From an uncultured Chthonomonadaceae bacterium (GTDB lineage: Bacteria; Armatimonadota; Chthonomonadetes; Chthonomonadales; Chthonomonadaceae): a stretch of 47,796 nucleotides of DNA. The notes under the pieces were generated by a model that saw only the letters and a list, made by a program, of their open reading frames with translations, did no database searches and was not told the origin of the DNA. The position numbers and the translations under genes are program-made. Shown here piece after piece: positions 29,452 through 39,303 of the stretch. The stretch spans positions 1 through 47,796 of the forward strand of contig CAWIEK010000028.1 in assembly GCA_963835065.1 (NCBI GenBank), in the 5' to 3' direction. How positions within the stretch are numbered: the stretch's first letter is position 1; every line of letters begins with the position of its first letter.

Positions 29452-31116
29452 TTAATTACCCATCAGCCCCATGATCGCCTTCGCCAATAATCCGGCGTCG
29501 TGGCGAACTACGTCCGTTTCGTTGATGTAGTTGCCCGGAAGCGGGCGGTAGCCGTCGGATTTCAGGCGGTCCAAGTCCGCTTCGACCAGAACCGCGCCGG
29601 TTTTGCGGTACTTTTCCAGCAGAGTAATGTCGGGCTGCTGCGTGTTGACCAGAACGTAGTTGAAAATGCGGGTTCCCGCGTGGCGCTCGATGGCGCGAAC
29701 GTGATCGGACGCGGAAAAGCCATCCGTTTCCCCCGGCTGCGTCATCACGTTGCACACATAGACTTTTTTGGCTTTGGAACGCCGAATGGCTTCCGGGACG
29801 CCGCGCACGAGCAGGTTGGGAATCACGCTTGTAAACACGCTTCCCGGCCCCATGACAATCACGTCGGCTTTGGCAATGGCGTCCAGAACGGCTTGCAGCG
29901 GGCAGGCATCTTCGGGAACAAGGGTGACGCGCTTGATCTTGAGCGGCGAGTGCGCGATGTTGGTTTCGCCATCCACAAACGAGCCGTCTTCCATTTCGCC
30001 GCGCAGTTTCACCTCGTCCACCGTTGTCGGCAACACCTGCCCCCGAATGTTCAAGACCCGGCTGGTTTCCCGAACGCCCCGCTCAAAATCCCCGTCGTTG
30101 ATTGCGCACATAGCCGCAATCAGCAGGTTCCCAAACGCATGGTCGCGCAAGCCCTCGCCCATTGTGGATTGCCGATTTTCGATTGCCGATTGGGGATTTT
30201 CGATTGGGGATTTTCGATTTTCGATTGGCAATTGCGTTTGCTCCCGCTCCGCTTCATTTTCGCTTATCGCCTTCCGCCTATCGTCTACGGCCATCCTCTG
30301 CTCCGGCAGCAGCACGTCCCGCATGGTTGAGGGTTGAGGGTTGAGGGGGGAGGGGAGAGGAAGTGATGAATGATGAGTGATGAGTGATGAATTGGATTCG
30401 GCATTGTATTCATCATTCATCATTCCGCGTTCAGCGTTTCCCTCTGTTCCCTGTTCCCTGTTTCCTGTTCCCTGACTTTTCCCTTTTCCCTTATCCCTTA
30501 TCCCTTCCTCCGGCTTGATGCTGTTGCGGAAGCGGTACTGGAACAGTTCGGTCATTTGCGGTTCGGCGTCGGCGAGGGCGACAAGGCAGTTGCGAATGTC
30601 GCCGGGGGGCAGGATGTGCAGTTGTTTTTGCAGTTTGCCCGACGAGCCGCCATCATCCGCAACCGTGACAATGGCGGTAATGTTGGCCGAATAGCGCTTC
30701 AAGCCGCGCAGCATCGTGGACAATCCCGTTCCTCCGCCGATAACCACGATGCGCCGCCCCTGCGTCAATCTCCGGCGCTGATACACGATGTCCACCAACC
30801 CGCCCGGAGCCATTTCCGGGTCCAGAACGCTGGTCAGGGATTCGATCAGTTTGGCGAGGGCGATCAGGCACAGGCTTGCGCCCACAACCGTCAGCATCAC
30901 GCCCAACTGTCCGGGACGCAGCAGGCCGATATGCACATGCTTTATCAGCCAGTTGGCGAACCGTACCGCAAGCGGCTTGTCCAATCCCTCGTGCGCCTGA
31001 ATAATCACGCCCATGCCCACCATAAACGCCAGAAACCCGATAAAGCCAAGCGCGACCCAGCGCTTGACGTGCATGTTCGGGTACAGCCATTTCAGCGACG
31101 TTCGCAGCCAGCTCAT
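29452..31116 (-). CDS. yvcK: YvcK/GlmR family UDP-GlcNAc-binding gluconeogenesis factor with N-terminal TM helices and a large insertion
   Basis: IGGGTGLS, VADDGGSSG, PPGDIRNCL, HAFGNL, GPGSVFTSVIPNL, NVMTQPGET, VRHD. Confidence 0.93.
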   Translation of the reverse strand: MSWLRTSLKWLYPNMHVKRWVALGFIGFLAFMVGMGVIIQAHEGLDKPLAVRFANWLIKHVHIGLLRPGQLGVMLTVVGASLCLIALAKLIESLTSVLDPEMAPGGLVDIVYQRRRLTQGRRIVVIGGGTGLSTMLRGLKRYSANITAIVTVADDGGSSGKLQKQLHILPPGDIRNCLVALADAEPQMTELFQYRFRNSIKPEEGIRDKGKGKSQGTGNREQGTEGNAERGMMNDEYNAESNSSLITHHSSLPLPSPLNPQPSTMRDVLLPEQRMAVDDRRKAISENEAEREQTQLPIENRKSPIENPQSAIENRQSTMGEGLRDHAFGNLLIAAMCAINDGDFERGVRETSRVLNIRGQVLPTTVDEVKLRGEMEDGSFVDGETNIAHSPLKIKRVTLVPEDACPLQAVLDAIAKADVIVMGPGSVFTSVIPNLLVRGVPEAIRRSKAKKVYVCNVMTQPGETDGFSASDHVRAIERHAGTRIFNYVLVNTQQPDITLLEKYRKTGAVLVEADLDRLKSDGYRPLPGNYINETDVVRHDAGLLAKAIMGLMGN

Positions 31117-32102
31117 GGGCGATCCGTCCTTTCCGTGGAAGGCAACGAGGAAGGGGGTGTTGGGTGTTGGGCGTCGGGTGTTGGGGAAGGCATGGACGCG
31201 GCGCCGGTTGTGGCTTCCGCGCCGCCGGGCAGGGGCGGATTGGTCACGTCCCGATGCCGAACGGCGACATTCAAGCCCGCTTCGCGTAAATGAGCGGCGA
31301 GGTCTTCGGCCAGTACAACGGAGCGGTGTCTGCCGCCCGTGCAGCCGATAGCGATGTTGAGGTACGCCTTGCCTTCCCGCTCGTACTGCGGCAGCGCGAA
31401 TTGAATTAAATCAGCCATTTTTTCCTGAAACGGATGCGTCAGCGGGTCGGCGTGAACGTAATCGGCGACGGGTTCATCCTTGCCGTTCAGCGCTTTCAAT
31501 TCGGGCACATAGTGGGGGTTGCGCAGGAACCGAACATCAAAAACCAGATCGGCGTCAATGGGCAGGCCGTGCTTGAAGCCGAAGGAAACGACGGTTATCA
31601 ACATGCCGGGGCGCGTGTCCGGGGCATAGGTGGCGTGAATCACGTCGCGGAACTCGGTGGCCGATAACTGGCTGGTATCCAGAACGCTGTCGGCAAGCGT
31701 CCGCGTGGATTCGAGCAGGGCGCGTTCGGCATGAATGGCGTCCATGATGCTGTCGCGCATCACGCCGTCTTCGGGGGCGCGCAGCAGGGGATGGGGGCGG
31801 CGGGTCTCCTTGAAGCGCTGCACCAGGGCCGCGTCGCCGGCATCCACGAACAGGGTTTCCACGTCCACGCAGGCTTTGTCCAACTGCTGCAGCACGTCCG
31901 GCAGTTCGGCAAACGCCGCGCCGGAACGGGTGTCAATCACAACCGCGCCCCGCGCATAGCCTTCTTCCCGGCAAAATCCGATTAATGCGGGCAGCAGGCG
32001 CGGCGGCAGGTTATCTACGGTGTAGTAGCCCGCATCCTCGAAACTATGCAGCGCCAGCGTTTTGCCCGCCCCCGATGGCCCCGTCAATACCACAAATCGC
32101 AT
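31113..32102 (-). CDS. rapZ: RNase adapter RapZ (YvcJ)
   Basis: TGPSGAGKT, VDNLP, RFKETRRPHP, SFGFKHG, DVRFLRNP, IGCTGGRHRSV; adjacent to yvcK. Confidence 0.95.
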   Translation of the reverse strand: MRFVVLTGPSGAGKTLALHSFEDAGYYTVDNLPPRLLPALIGFCREEGYARGAVVIDTRSGAAFAELPDVLQQLDKACVDVETLFVDAGDAALVQRFKETRRPHPLLRAPEDGVMRDSIMDAIHAERALLESTRTLADSVLDTSQLSATEFRDVIHATYAPDTRPGMLITVVSFGFKHGLPIDADLVFDVRFLRNPHYVPELKALNGKDEPVADYVHADPLTHPFQEKMADLIQFALPQYEREGKAYLNIAIGCTGGRHRSVVLAEDLAAHLREAGLNVAVRHRDVTNPPLPGGAEATTGAASMPSPTPDAQHPTPPSSLPSTERTDRP

Positions 32103-32436
32103 TGTGTCTCGCCCTTCCCTGCCAAAGTTCAATTCCTGCTGTGTTCTACTCGTCCTCATTATACCGTATACCGCGTTCCCCGTTTAAATGGATGCTGTAT
32201 CACAAGGAACTACCAAGTAAGATAGGCTGTTGTTCAGACAAAACATGGGAGGGTAATAAATTTGACGAAAATTTTTGAAAATAGTAGAAATGTTGCAGGA
32301 TATTTCTGGAAACACACGAAATTTCAAAATTATAAACCTCTGCACAATGAACTTTTTGCGCATATAACGTAGTCTAAGGTGTAAATACAGCATTTCTACT
32401 GGCATGCACTCATTTACCGTTGAAGCGGGAACCGAT

Positions 32437-35250
32437 ATGCACATACCGAATTTTGTATCCGCATGCTTGGCGCGAAGAGCGGCAGAACGGTCCATACTGC
32501 CGGGGGCGCTCCTCCTGCCGCTGATTTTCATCCCAAATTCCTCACACGCCCTACACCGGAATCGCCCACTACGAACGGCGCCTTTCACGGTTGGCAGACA
32601 GGCGGGCGATGGGCATGCCGCTGGGACCGGGTTGACGAAAGCCGCAACTCTTGCGGATGTATTGCGGTCTCTGCCCTGGAACTCTGCCCAAAATGGCTCA
32701 CTTCTCGCCGTTAATCCTGAAACGGTGCGACGTGTGAACGTCCCGGAACAGCAGGCCGAGCGGACGCCATCGCTCCGTACGGAACTTTCCGCTTACAATC
32801 GAACCCTGTTGCCTGCCGGCACAATTACCGTTGTCGCTCCCACCACAATGGTGGCTTTGGTAGACGAACCACGTCAGCGTCCTAACCCCTACGATGGATT
32901 GCCCCGCAGCCTCAAAGTCAAGTACCTGCTTGCAACCCTTACCGATCAGCAATGGAAGTTGCTCCAGGAAAAGGGCCTTGGGTTGGACACTCTTTCCGGG
33001 GAACAGATATCCATCTTCCAATCTCTTCTTCCCGCCAGGTTCCAGTACAAACAGTGGCAGTTGGATGAGAATGGGGAGAAGAGCAAGAATATAGATACCG
33101 TCACCTTGCCTCCTGACCAGCGCGACCAAGTTCGGCTGCGCGTTTTCCGTTCGCTCCAGATGTTCCTGCCATTAAGCAGTGATCCGAGGCGAAGAGTAAA
33201 CTTCGACACAGCGAGTTTCGGGAAACCGAACGCGCAACAGTTTGTCTTAGAGGCGAATAAAGAAGATGAGGAAGGCAGTTTGTTCGGTGTTTCCTTGCGC
33301 TCCACAGTCCTCAACAGGATCAAGCCGAGTCATATTGATTATGCGTCTTCCAGGCTGGATGTCGCCGTCCCGATTCAGGGCGCCAATAACGTACGTGATC
33401 TGATTCGCCGTGTTGCTGAGGCCACACGGCTAGAACTCTACGCAGACTTGCGCGTAGCCGAACTTCCTGTTTTCGCGCGGGGCGGGCAGGTACGGGCCGG
33501 AGACGTGCTGAAGGCCCTCGCGCTGGCGACTACCGGAACTTTCCGCAAAGTAGACAAGGCCTTTCTGCTGACCAGTGATCTCACCGGCATGGGCGCGCGC
33601 CAGTTGCGCCTGGCAGAGTGGCAAGCTCAGACCTCTCTGGAACTGAAACATTGGGAAGCGAACCTGAACACAAAATTGGCGCAGCAAGGGGAACAGACAA
33701 CAGGAATGAATGCTGTGGGCTTCGCGCCCACCGACCCCTACGCGCTTACACCTGACGTAATTCAAGAGGTACAAAAACGAAGGAATGAGAATACAAGCAA
33801 GAGATATCTTGACCCCGGCGCACTGAGTCCTGCTCTTCAGCAACTTTTAGCCAATGTGACCGCCAGCTACAACGACCATCAGGCCTTTTCAGGCAAATTG
33901 CGCGATGATGCTGTTGATTTGAATATCAGCATCAAGTTGGCTTTTCAGCTCCCCGACGGCAGAGTGCTGCAGCCGGACAGCAGTCCCATCGGCTTTGCTG
34001 ACCAATTCTCCCGCCTGGCGCAAGGAGCCAGGGAAGCGCCACCCTCCCCGCTGAATGCCCCGGCGAAAGCATCCCCTTCTCGCCTGCCGCTGCCAAAGTG
34101 GGCGGCACGGCGACTGCTATTTATTACTCCACGCTCGTCTGACTCAGCCGGGGAAGCCGTTCAGGTGGCGCGACGGCTTGGATTCACGGACCTGGTACTG
34201 AATACAGACAACGCAACGATTGTGAGTGCCGCCGTGTTGGCCGCCAAGTCAGCCGCAAAGGGAGAGGAGATACGCATCCATGCCGTCGTCGCGCCCTTTG
34301 AAGCCCCCCCAGGTTCACCCGACCCTGGCGCCATGTTGGACCGCAACTTAATTGGCGAGACATCCATGGAGGTCTGGAATGCCCGGAAGGCTCTGCCACG
34401 CTGGCGATCCTTCGTCTCCTCTGTCGTGGGAAGCTCCTTTCCCTCTCCCATCCCTGAACATATCTCTCACGCATCTTCTATAATCGCCCCAGGTACGCCG
34501 GAAACTTCCAGTCGCTTTCGAGATGTAGGGTCCCTTGCGTCAACTGAAGGACTTGCAGGGCTATATCTAAAAGATACGCTCCCTGACGGATACATGGGAG
34601 AACGCCCTGCAAGCAATGAGATTAACTATGCCAACAACCTGCCGCTTGCGGAACGGGGAAATTTGGGTTACACGCCTGCATTACGACTTTCCTTCCTGCG
34701 TGAAGCTGGCGTGGATCCCATTGATCTCATTCCACATGGCCTGACAGTCGGGGCAAACCTCAGCCTTCCGTTTTTCCCGGACCCCGAAGCGGGCTCGGGA
34801 TCTCAGAACGTGTCATCGTCAGGCATCAGGGAGTTAGGCGCCCGGTGGGATAAGATGCGCCTGGAAGCAAACCGGGCTGCTTTATCTCTCCTTTTCGCGA
34901 CCATCCGCGCGGCAAGCGCGCGCTTGCCGCTTTACATGGAAGCTCGCGCAACCCTGAACAACGATGCAAGCGCGTCTAATTACTGGACGGCCTTTGCGGC
35001 GTGGGAGCGACCGGAACGGCTGCCGGTGACGAGCCAGGCGAAGGGGGATTGGCTGCTAAAACCGTACCAGCTATCAGAGGCAGACAAGACATCCGCTCGT
35101 TCCACGCTTATGGAAACGCTCACATTGCTTCAGAAAACTCCCGTTGGAACAAGTGAAAATCAGCAGATTGCCTTCGATCTCACGGCACTGCCCGATGCGA
35201 GAGCCTTGGCCCTGCTGAATGAATGCATTGTCGCCATGCCCGCTCCGTAA
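32437..35250 (+). CDS. Large hypothetical exported protein
   Basis: Long uninterrupted ORF (948 codons from 32404) with a signal-like hydrophobic segment; no family confidently recognised; start uncertain. Confidence 0.7.
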   Translation: MHIPNFVSACLARRAAERSILPGALLLPLIFIPNSSHALHRNRPLRTAPFTVGRQAGDGHAAGTGLTKAATLADVLRSLPWNSAQNGSLLAVNPETVRRVNVPEQQAERTPSLRTELSAYNRTLLPAGTITVVAPTTMVALVDEPRQRPNPYDGLPRSLKVKYLLATLTDQQWKLLQEKGLGLDTLSGEQISIFQSLLPARFQYKQWQLDENGEKSKNIDTVTLPPDQRDQVRLRVFRSLQMFLPLSSDPRRRVNFDTASFGKPNAQQFVLEANKEDEEGSLFGVSLRSTVLNRIKPSHIDYASSRLDVAVPIQGANNVRDLIRRVAEATRLELYADLRVAELPVFARGGQVRAGDVLKALALATTGTFRKVDKAFLLTSDLTGMGARQLRLAEWQAQTSLELKHWEANLNTKLAQQGEQTTGMNAVGFAPTDPYALTPDVIQEVQKRRNENTSKRYLDPGALSPALQQLLANVTASYNDHQAFSGKLRDDAVDLNISIKLAFQLPDGRVLQPDSSPIGFADQFSRLAQGAREAPPSPLNAPAKASPSRLPLPKWAARRLLFITPRSSDSAGEAVQVARRLGFTDLVLNTDNATIVSAAVLAAKSAAKGEEIRIHAVVAPFEAPPGSPDPGAMLDRNLIGETSMEVWNARKALPRWRSFVSSVVGSSFPSPIPEHISHASSIIAPGTPETSSRFRDVGSLASTEGLAGLYLKDTLPDGYMGERPASNEINYANNLPLAERGNLGYTPALRLSFLREAGVDPIDLIPHGLTVGANLSLPFFPDPEAGSGSQNVSSSGIRELGARWDKMRLEANRAALSLLFATIRAASARLPLYMEARATLNNDASASNYWTAFAAWERPERLPVTSQAKGDWLLKPYQLSEADKTSARSTLMETLTLLQKTPVGTSENQQIAFDLTALPDARALALLNECIVAMPAP

Positions 35251-35660
35251 CGTGACAGATTCACCGGCATTGGTTCGCCGCCGACGCGAACAGAACTGAC
35301 CGCAGCGCTGGCATTCTGAGGAACATAATAATATTATTATGGAATACGGCGGCCTATATTCCTGTTTGGAGGGTTGGCATAGTCTCTGCTGTACTCGATA
35401 GATTTTCAATTGCGCGCTCGATCCTTTTGTTCGCAGAAGTATCGGAGCATCATAATATAGAAAGGGGGTGGTGAAGTGTCTGGGGTTCGTGCAGAATCGC
35501 CAGGCCACAATAGGGCAACTCGACCTGTATACCTGCTTACCGCGCAGCGGTACAAGCCGTCTCTTATCGCATTTTTAAAACCAATGTGCAGGCGTATATG
35601 AGTATAAACGAGCGTTCTTACTAACGTCCGCCCGCCCGTTTGCTTCAACTGGAGGAATAG

Positions 35661-36107
35661 ATGCAGATCAAAGCTGTTCATCAGAGCGCATTCATCCTTG
35701 CGACAACTCTGGTCATGGGCTCAGTCATGGCTGGCTATGCCGGTGGCATGTGCAAGACTGTCGTCAAAGCGACCTTTTCAACCGGTGGCTGCAGCATCAC
35801 AAAGACAGGAAGCCAATGGTCCTGCACCCCCACGAATGACAGCGTGTCTCCCGGATTCTGTGGCGATGTCGCTCAGAATGACAAAGATTGCCGCATGGTC
35901 GTCCCGACGCCCACGGCGACACTGCGGTACTACACTTGCAAGCGTATTCCTGACCGCCCCCTCGACGGAGCGGATGCGGCCTACGAATGTAGCAACTCGA
36001 GTAATCCAACCGTGAATTACAACGATGCTGAGGCAAATGGGGACTGTCCGCCGAAAGCCGTTCCCGTTGAGCCCATTCCCCCTAAGGACGAGCCAATAAA
36101 CCTGTAG
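35661..36107 (+). CDS. Small secreted cysteine-rich protein (8 Cys)
   Basis: RBS GGAGGA; signal peptide ending in AGYA; Pro-rich tail. Confidence 0.75.
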   Translation: MQIKAVHQSAFILATTLVMGSVMAGYAGGMCKTVVKATFSTGGCSITKTGSQWSCTPTNDSVSPGFCGDVAQNDKDCRMVVPTPTATLRYYTCKRIPDRPLDGADAAYECSNSSNPTVNYNDAEANGDCPPKAVPVEPIPPKDEPINL

Positions 36108-36208
36108 GGGCGGGAGCCTGCCCCTCATGGTGGCCTGAGCCATAGCGCAATACTGAATATGGCTCAGGCAGTCCCGTTTCTGACACTATGCCAGGAACGG
36201 GACTGCCT
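36106..36208 (+). terminator. Three consecutive hairpins after the Cys-rich gene
   Basis: 36106-36125; perfect 12-bp stem at 36133-36169; stem of about 17 bp at 36166-36208. Confidence 0.6.
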
Positions 36209-36334
36209 ATCCTGAAATAGCCTGGCCGCACACGCCTCCTCGGATATGCCCCACCGTTTCCTTCTGCACATACGTTTCAGCTAATTCGCTTCTTTGCGTG
36301 ACTACGTTAAACATATTGTTGGAAAGAGGGGGTT

Positions 36335-37363
36335 ATGATGATATTCTCATACGGTCTGCGTTTAACGGCGCTCTCCGGTCTCGCAATCCTAGGAATAGCT
36401 TCTCACTCGTTTGCCCAGAAGATTGTTCCCACCTTATCAGGGGACTTCACGCTGCGTTATAGCGCGCATCTGCAGGAGTTTGCGCCCGTCGTCGGCAAGG
36501 CGACGCAACAGGGCAGTCAAAGTTACTGGCTGACCGTGTCGCAATGGGGTGATAAACTGGCGTACTTGCGTGAAGATCGCCTGACGGGTAGGACGCATGT
36601 GACCCTCTTTGATGGCCGTAAAACATATTCGTGCTACCAAGCCGACAGTGCAGCCTTCATCTACTCGGATATGCGGCTGGAAGAGATGCAGTATCTGCCG
36701 TTCCCTGGCGCCAACCTGCCTCGCTTTACCCTGTTCAAGGAGAGTTCTGGCGCCTTAACGTCAACGCATGGCGCGCAGAACGTCCCAGGAGAAATGCAGA
36801 TCAGTGGCGCGACGGGGCCGGATAGGAAGGCTGTGTATTTGAAGGGTGCAATCGCCTGTGTCACCGGCGTGGGAAGTGCGCGGAGAATGCTGAAATGTAG
36901 TTCGTTTTCTCGTGCCTTCCCTCTTGAACAGTGGCGCTTCACCGGGCAGCAGAACTTGAATGGCGTTCCCATCTGCACCGACATCGCTGTCAATCAGTAC
37001 GCTTTACCAAACGCCGGGAAGGACGAGGATGCGCCCGGACCATATCCGCTCGATAGAAAAATTACCTACCATCTTATGGCGGCTAGTCCGCGGCCATTGC
37101 CGCAGGAGCAGTTCGATTTTACAACGTACCTGCGTCCGGGCCAGACGGTGCAAGACTACTCGGGCACACAGGCTACAGTCTTCGCGTTCAATCCTAAAAT
37201 GGGAACACTGCAAAGGCAACATGATATCGCTGCCATGACGGAAGAAGCGGATCAGAATGACCGACTGTCTGTTGGGTCACACAGCGGCCTCGTCCTGCTG
37301 ATAGGCTTTGCACTGAGTGGGCTGGTTCTTTTATGGCATAAGCTTCCACGAAAGGAGATATAG
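36335..37363 (+). CDS. Exported beta-rich protein with C-terminal membrane anchor
   Basis: Signal peptide ending in SFA; C-terminal TM helix followed by basic KLPRKEI. Confidence 0.7.
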   Translation: MMIFSYGLRLTALSGLAILGIASHSFAQKIVPTLSGDFTLRYSAHLQEFAPVVGKATQQGSQSYWLTVSQWGDKLAYLREDRLTGRTHVTLFDGRKTYSCYQADSAAFIYSDMRLEEMQYLPFPGANLPRFTLFKESSGALTSTHGAQNVPGEMQISGATGPDRKAVYLKGAIACVTGVGSARRMLKCSSFSRAFPLEQWRFTGQQNLNGVPICTDIAVNQYALPNAGKDEDAPGPYPLDRKITYHLMAASPRPLPQEQFDFTTYLRPGQTVQDYSGTQATVFAFNPKMGTLQRQHDIAAMTEEADQNDRLSVGSHSGLVLLIGFALSGLVLLWHKLPRKEI

Positions 37364-37370
37364 GTAAGCT

Positions 37371-38689
37371 ATGGCAGCTTCCGCGACCAACAAGGCAGGA
37401 ATGCTCAGTGCAGAAGCTCTGCACTCAAAAGTAACGTTCGCGTTAGCGTTCCTCGCGCTTGCCTACTACCTTCTGCCTTCCACCGTGTGGGGTCAAATGT
37501 CGCCTGCGAACGCGCTGGCGAGTTTATCCCAATCTACGGGGACGCATATTCGCGAATTGCGCCTATTGCTCCTCCTCGGCATTGTGGCGCTAGCCGGTTG
37601 TGCCGCCTTCCTTTTCGTTACCTGTTGGCGCGCAGCCGCCAGACCCATGAGACCTATACGTCTTCTCGCGCTGACGGCGCTCTACCTGTCGCCCTACTTC
37701 GTCAATGTCCTGTTCTGCCCTGATAGCAGCCGTATGCTTGAGTCGTGTTCCCTAATTGACGCGGTGCTGACGGGCATGCTGGTTTCCATATGCTTGTGGA
37801 GAGGATTGCGGAACATTGGCGTTCTGCTATGTTTGCTCGGCGGCATCCAGGCTATCTACGCTTTTCAGCTCCACAGAATGGGGGCAAACGCAATCAAGTT
37901 GGGAGATTCGTTACAAGCGGGTGGAACGTTTCATCAGCCACAAGGGTTGTATGTCCTCATGTTGGTCGCTCTGCCACTATCCGTCGAACAGATCACGCAT
38001 GGTTTCCAGTCTGAGGCGTCTGCCGCGGAACCTTCCTCATCTGATATGTTGAGAAGCGTCTTATGGATGCTTTGTGTGACGTTGACCTCTGCGGCTCTTT
38101 TGTTGGCCTCCTATCCCGCAAGCCTTGTCGGGATCGCTGTCAGTATAATCTGGCTTCTTTTCCGAAGATTGCCTGATCGCCGCGTAGCGGCGGTGTTTAG
38201 CCTTTGCCTGGCTGTCGCGGTACTTGTCAGGGTCGTGCCGGATGCGCGCAATCCAAGCGCCAGCCTGACTGCTTCGGGAAAGCGAGCGTACCGTCTCTTC
38301 CAGCAGAATCCAGCTGCAGTGGAGCCGGCGCAGGCGCGCTGATCGCGTCCTCCCCGCAACGCCTCGCAACCCAAGCCGAAGGCTTACAAGCGAAACCTCG
38401 CAAAAACCCTTGCAGCTTACCTATGCTTTGGCTGGCTGAGATGGGCGTGGCAGGAGGCATCTTGTTCGTGGCCTTCGTTTTTCTCATCGCGCAGACCATC
38501 CGCCGCTCTCTGCGCATACCTCAGATCGCCAGTATTGGAACGGGGTTTGGCGCTGTATGGATTGGCTTCGGCATTGCCTGTGCTTTCGGTACGCCTTTTG
38601 GCACGGCGAACCACTACGCCGGCAATGTACTCTTTGGCGTCTTGATAGGAACAACGCTTCTCCTGGGTCTGGAATCCGCTTTCGATTGA
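37371..38689 (+). CDS. O-antigen ligase/O-oligosaccharyltransferase-like multi-pass membrane protein; frameshift near 38315
   Basis: Many TM helices; AGGTFHQPQ; QQNP / GAGAG ... LWLAEMGVAG, resembling the Wzy_C motifs. Confidence 0.6.
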
Positions 38690-38791
38690 TCACCGAGTAC
38701 GCGCTTCAGACGCTCTTAGAAAGGCTGCGAGCAATAGGCCCGCCGATATTTCTTTACGTACAGACTCGCTTCTCCTGATTAGAGGTTACGC

Positions 38792-39232
38792 ATGTCCATA
38801 GCCCAAAGGTTGTTTACCCGCAGAGTGTTCTTTCTATCCATTGCGCCTGCCATCCTCATTTGGGGATTGGTTTCGAAGTTCTTATTAGATGGTATCATCG
38901 TGAGAGGATTAGGTACTGACATGGGTGAAGCCCACATTGGGCAGACCATTAAGTGTGATCTTCGGCTTTACAACAGTTCGTTCTATACCGCCTATGTCGT
39001 CCTGCCCCCAACCTGCGGCTGTTCTGTTCATGATACGCGGGACTTCCTCCTGCGCCCCTTCACCAGCAAGGTTGTCCCCTTCGAGTATTCTGTCAGTGAA
39101 CCGGGCAGCGGACGCGCCTCGCGTGATGTTGTGATCATGTACAGGCAAAGGGGCAGGGTACAGCGCATTGTTGGCAAAGTGTTCTTTACTCTGAAAAACG
39201 TCAACGCTGTAAAAACGCCAACCCCTAGATAG
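38792..39232 (+). CDS. DUF1573-like Ig-fold protein with N-terminal TM helix
   Basis: DMGEAHIG...LYN...PTCGCS pattern. Confidence 0.55.
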   Translation: MSIAQRLFTRRVFFLSIAPAILIWGLVSKFLLDGIIVRGLGTDMGEAHIGQTIKCDLRLYNSSFYTAYVVLPPTCGCSVHDTRDFLLRPFTSKVVPFEYSVSEPGSGRASRDVVIMYRQRGRVQRIVGKVFFTLKNVNAVKTPTPR

Positions 39233-39241
39233 ACAATAACA

Positions 39242-39271
39242 CGCAGCAGTCTCACGAATGAAGCTGCTGCG
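39242..39271. terminator. Hairpin between convergent genes
   Basis: cgcagcag ... ctgctgcg. Confidence 0.4.
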
Positions 39272-39303
39272 CAAAGCAGGGCTATTCAAGTTACAAAAAA
39301 GGT

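Noticed and set aside
30160..30510. Intein or self-splicing intron in yvcK
   Set aside because: No C/S...HN intein termini and no group I/II intron hallmarks; the insert is low-complexity repeat sequence.
35661..35760. YAGG in the Cys-rich protein as a double-glycine cleavage site
   Set aside because: It lacks the LSxxEL pattern, and an ordinary Sec signal peptide explains the N-terminus.
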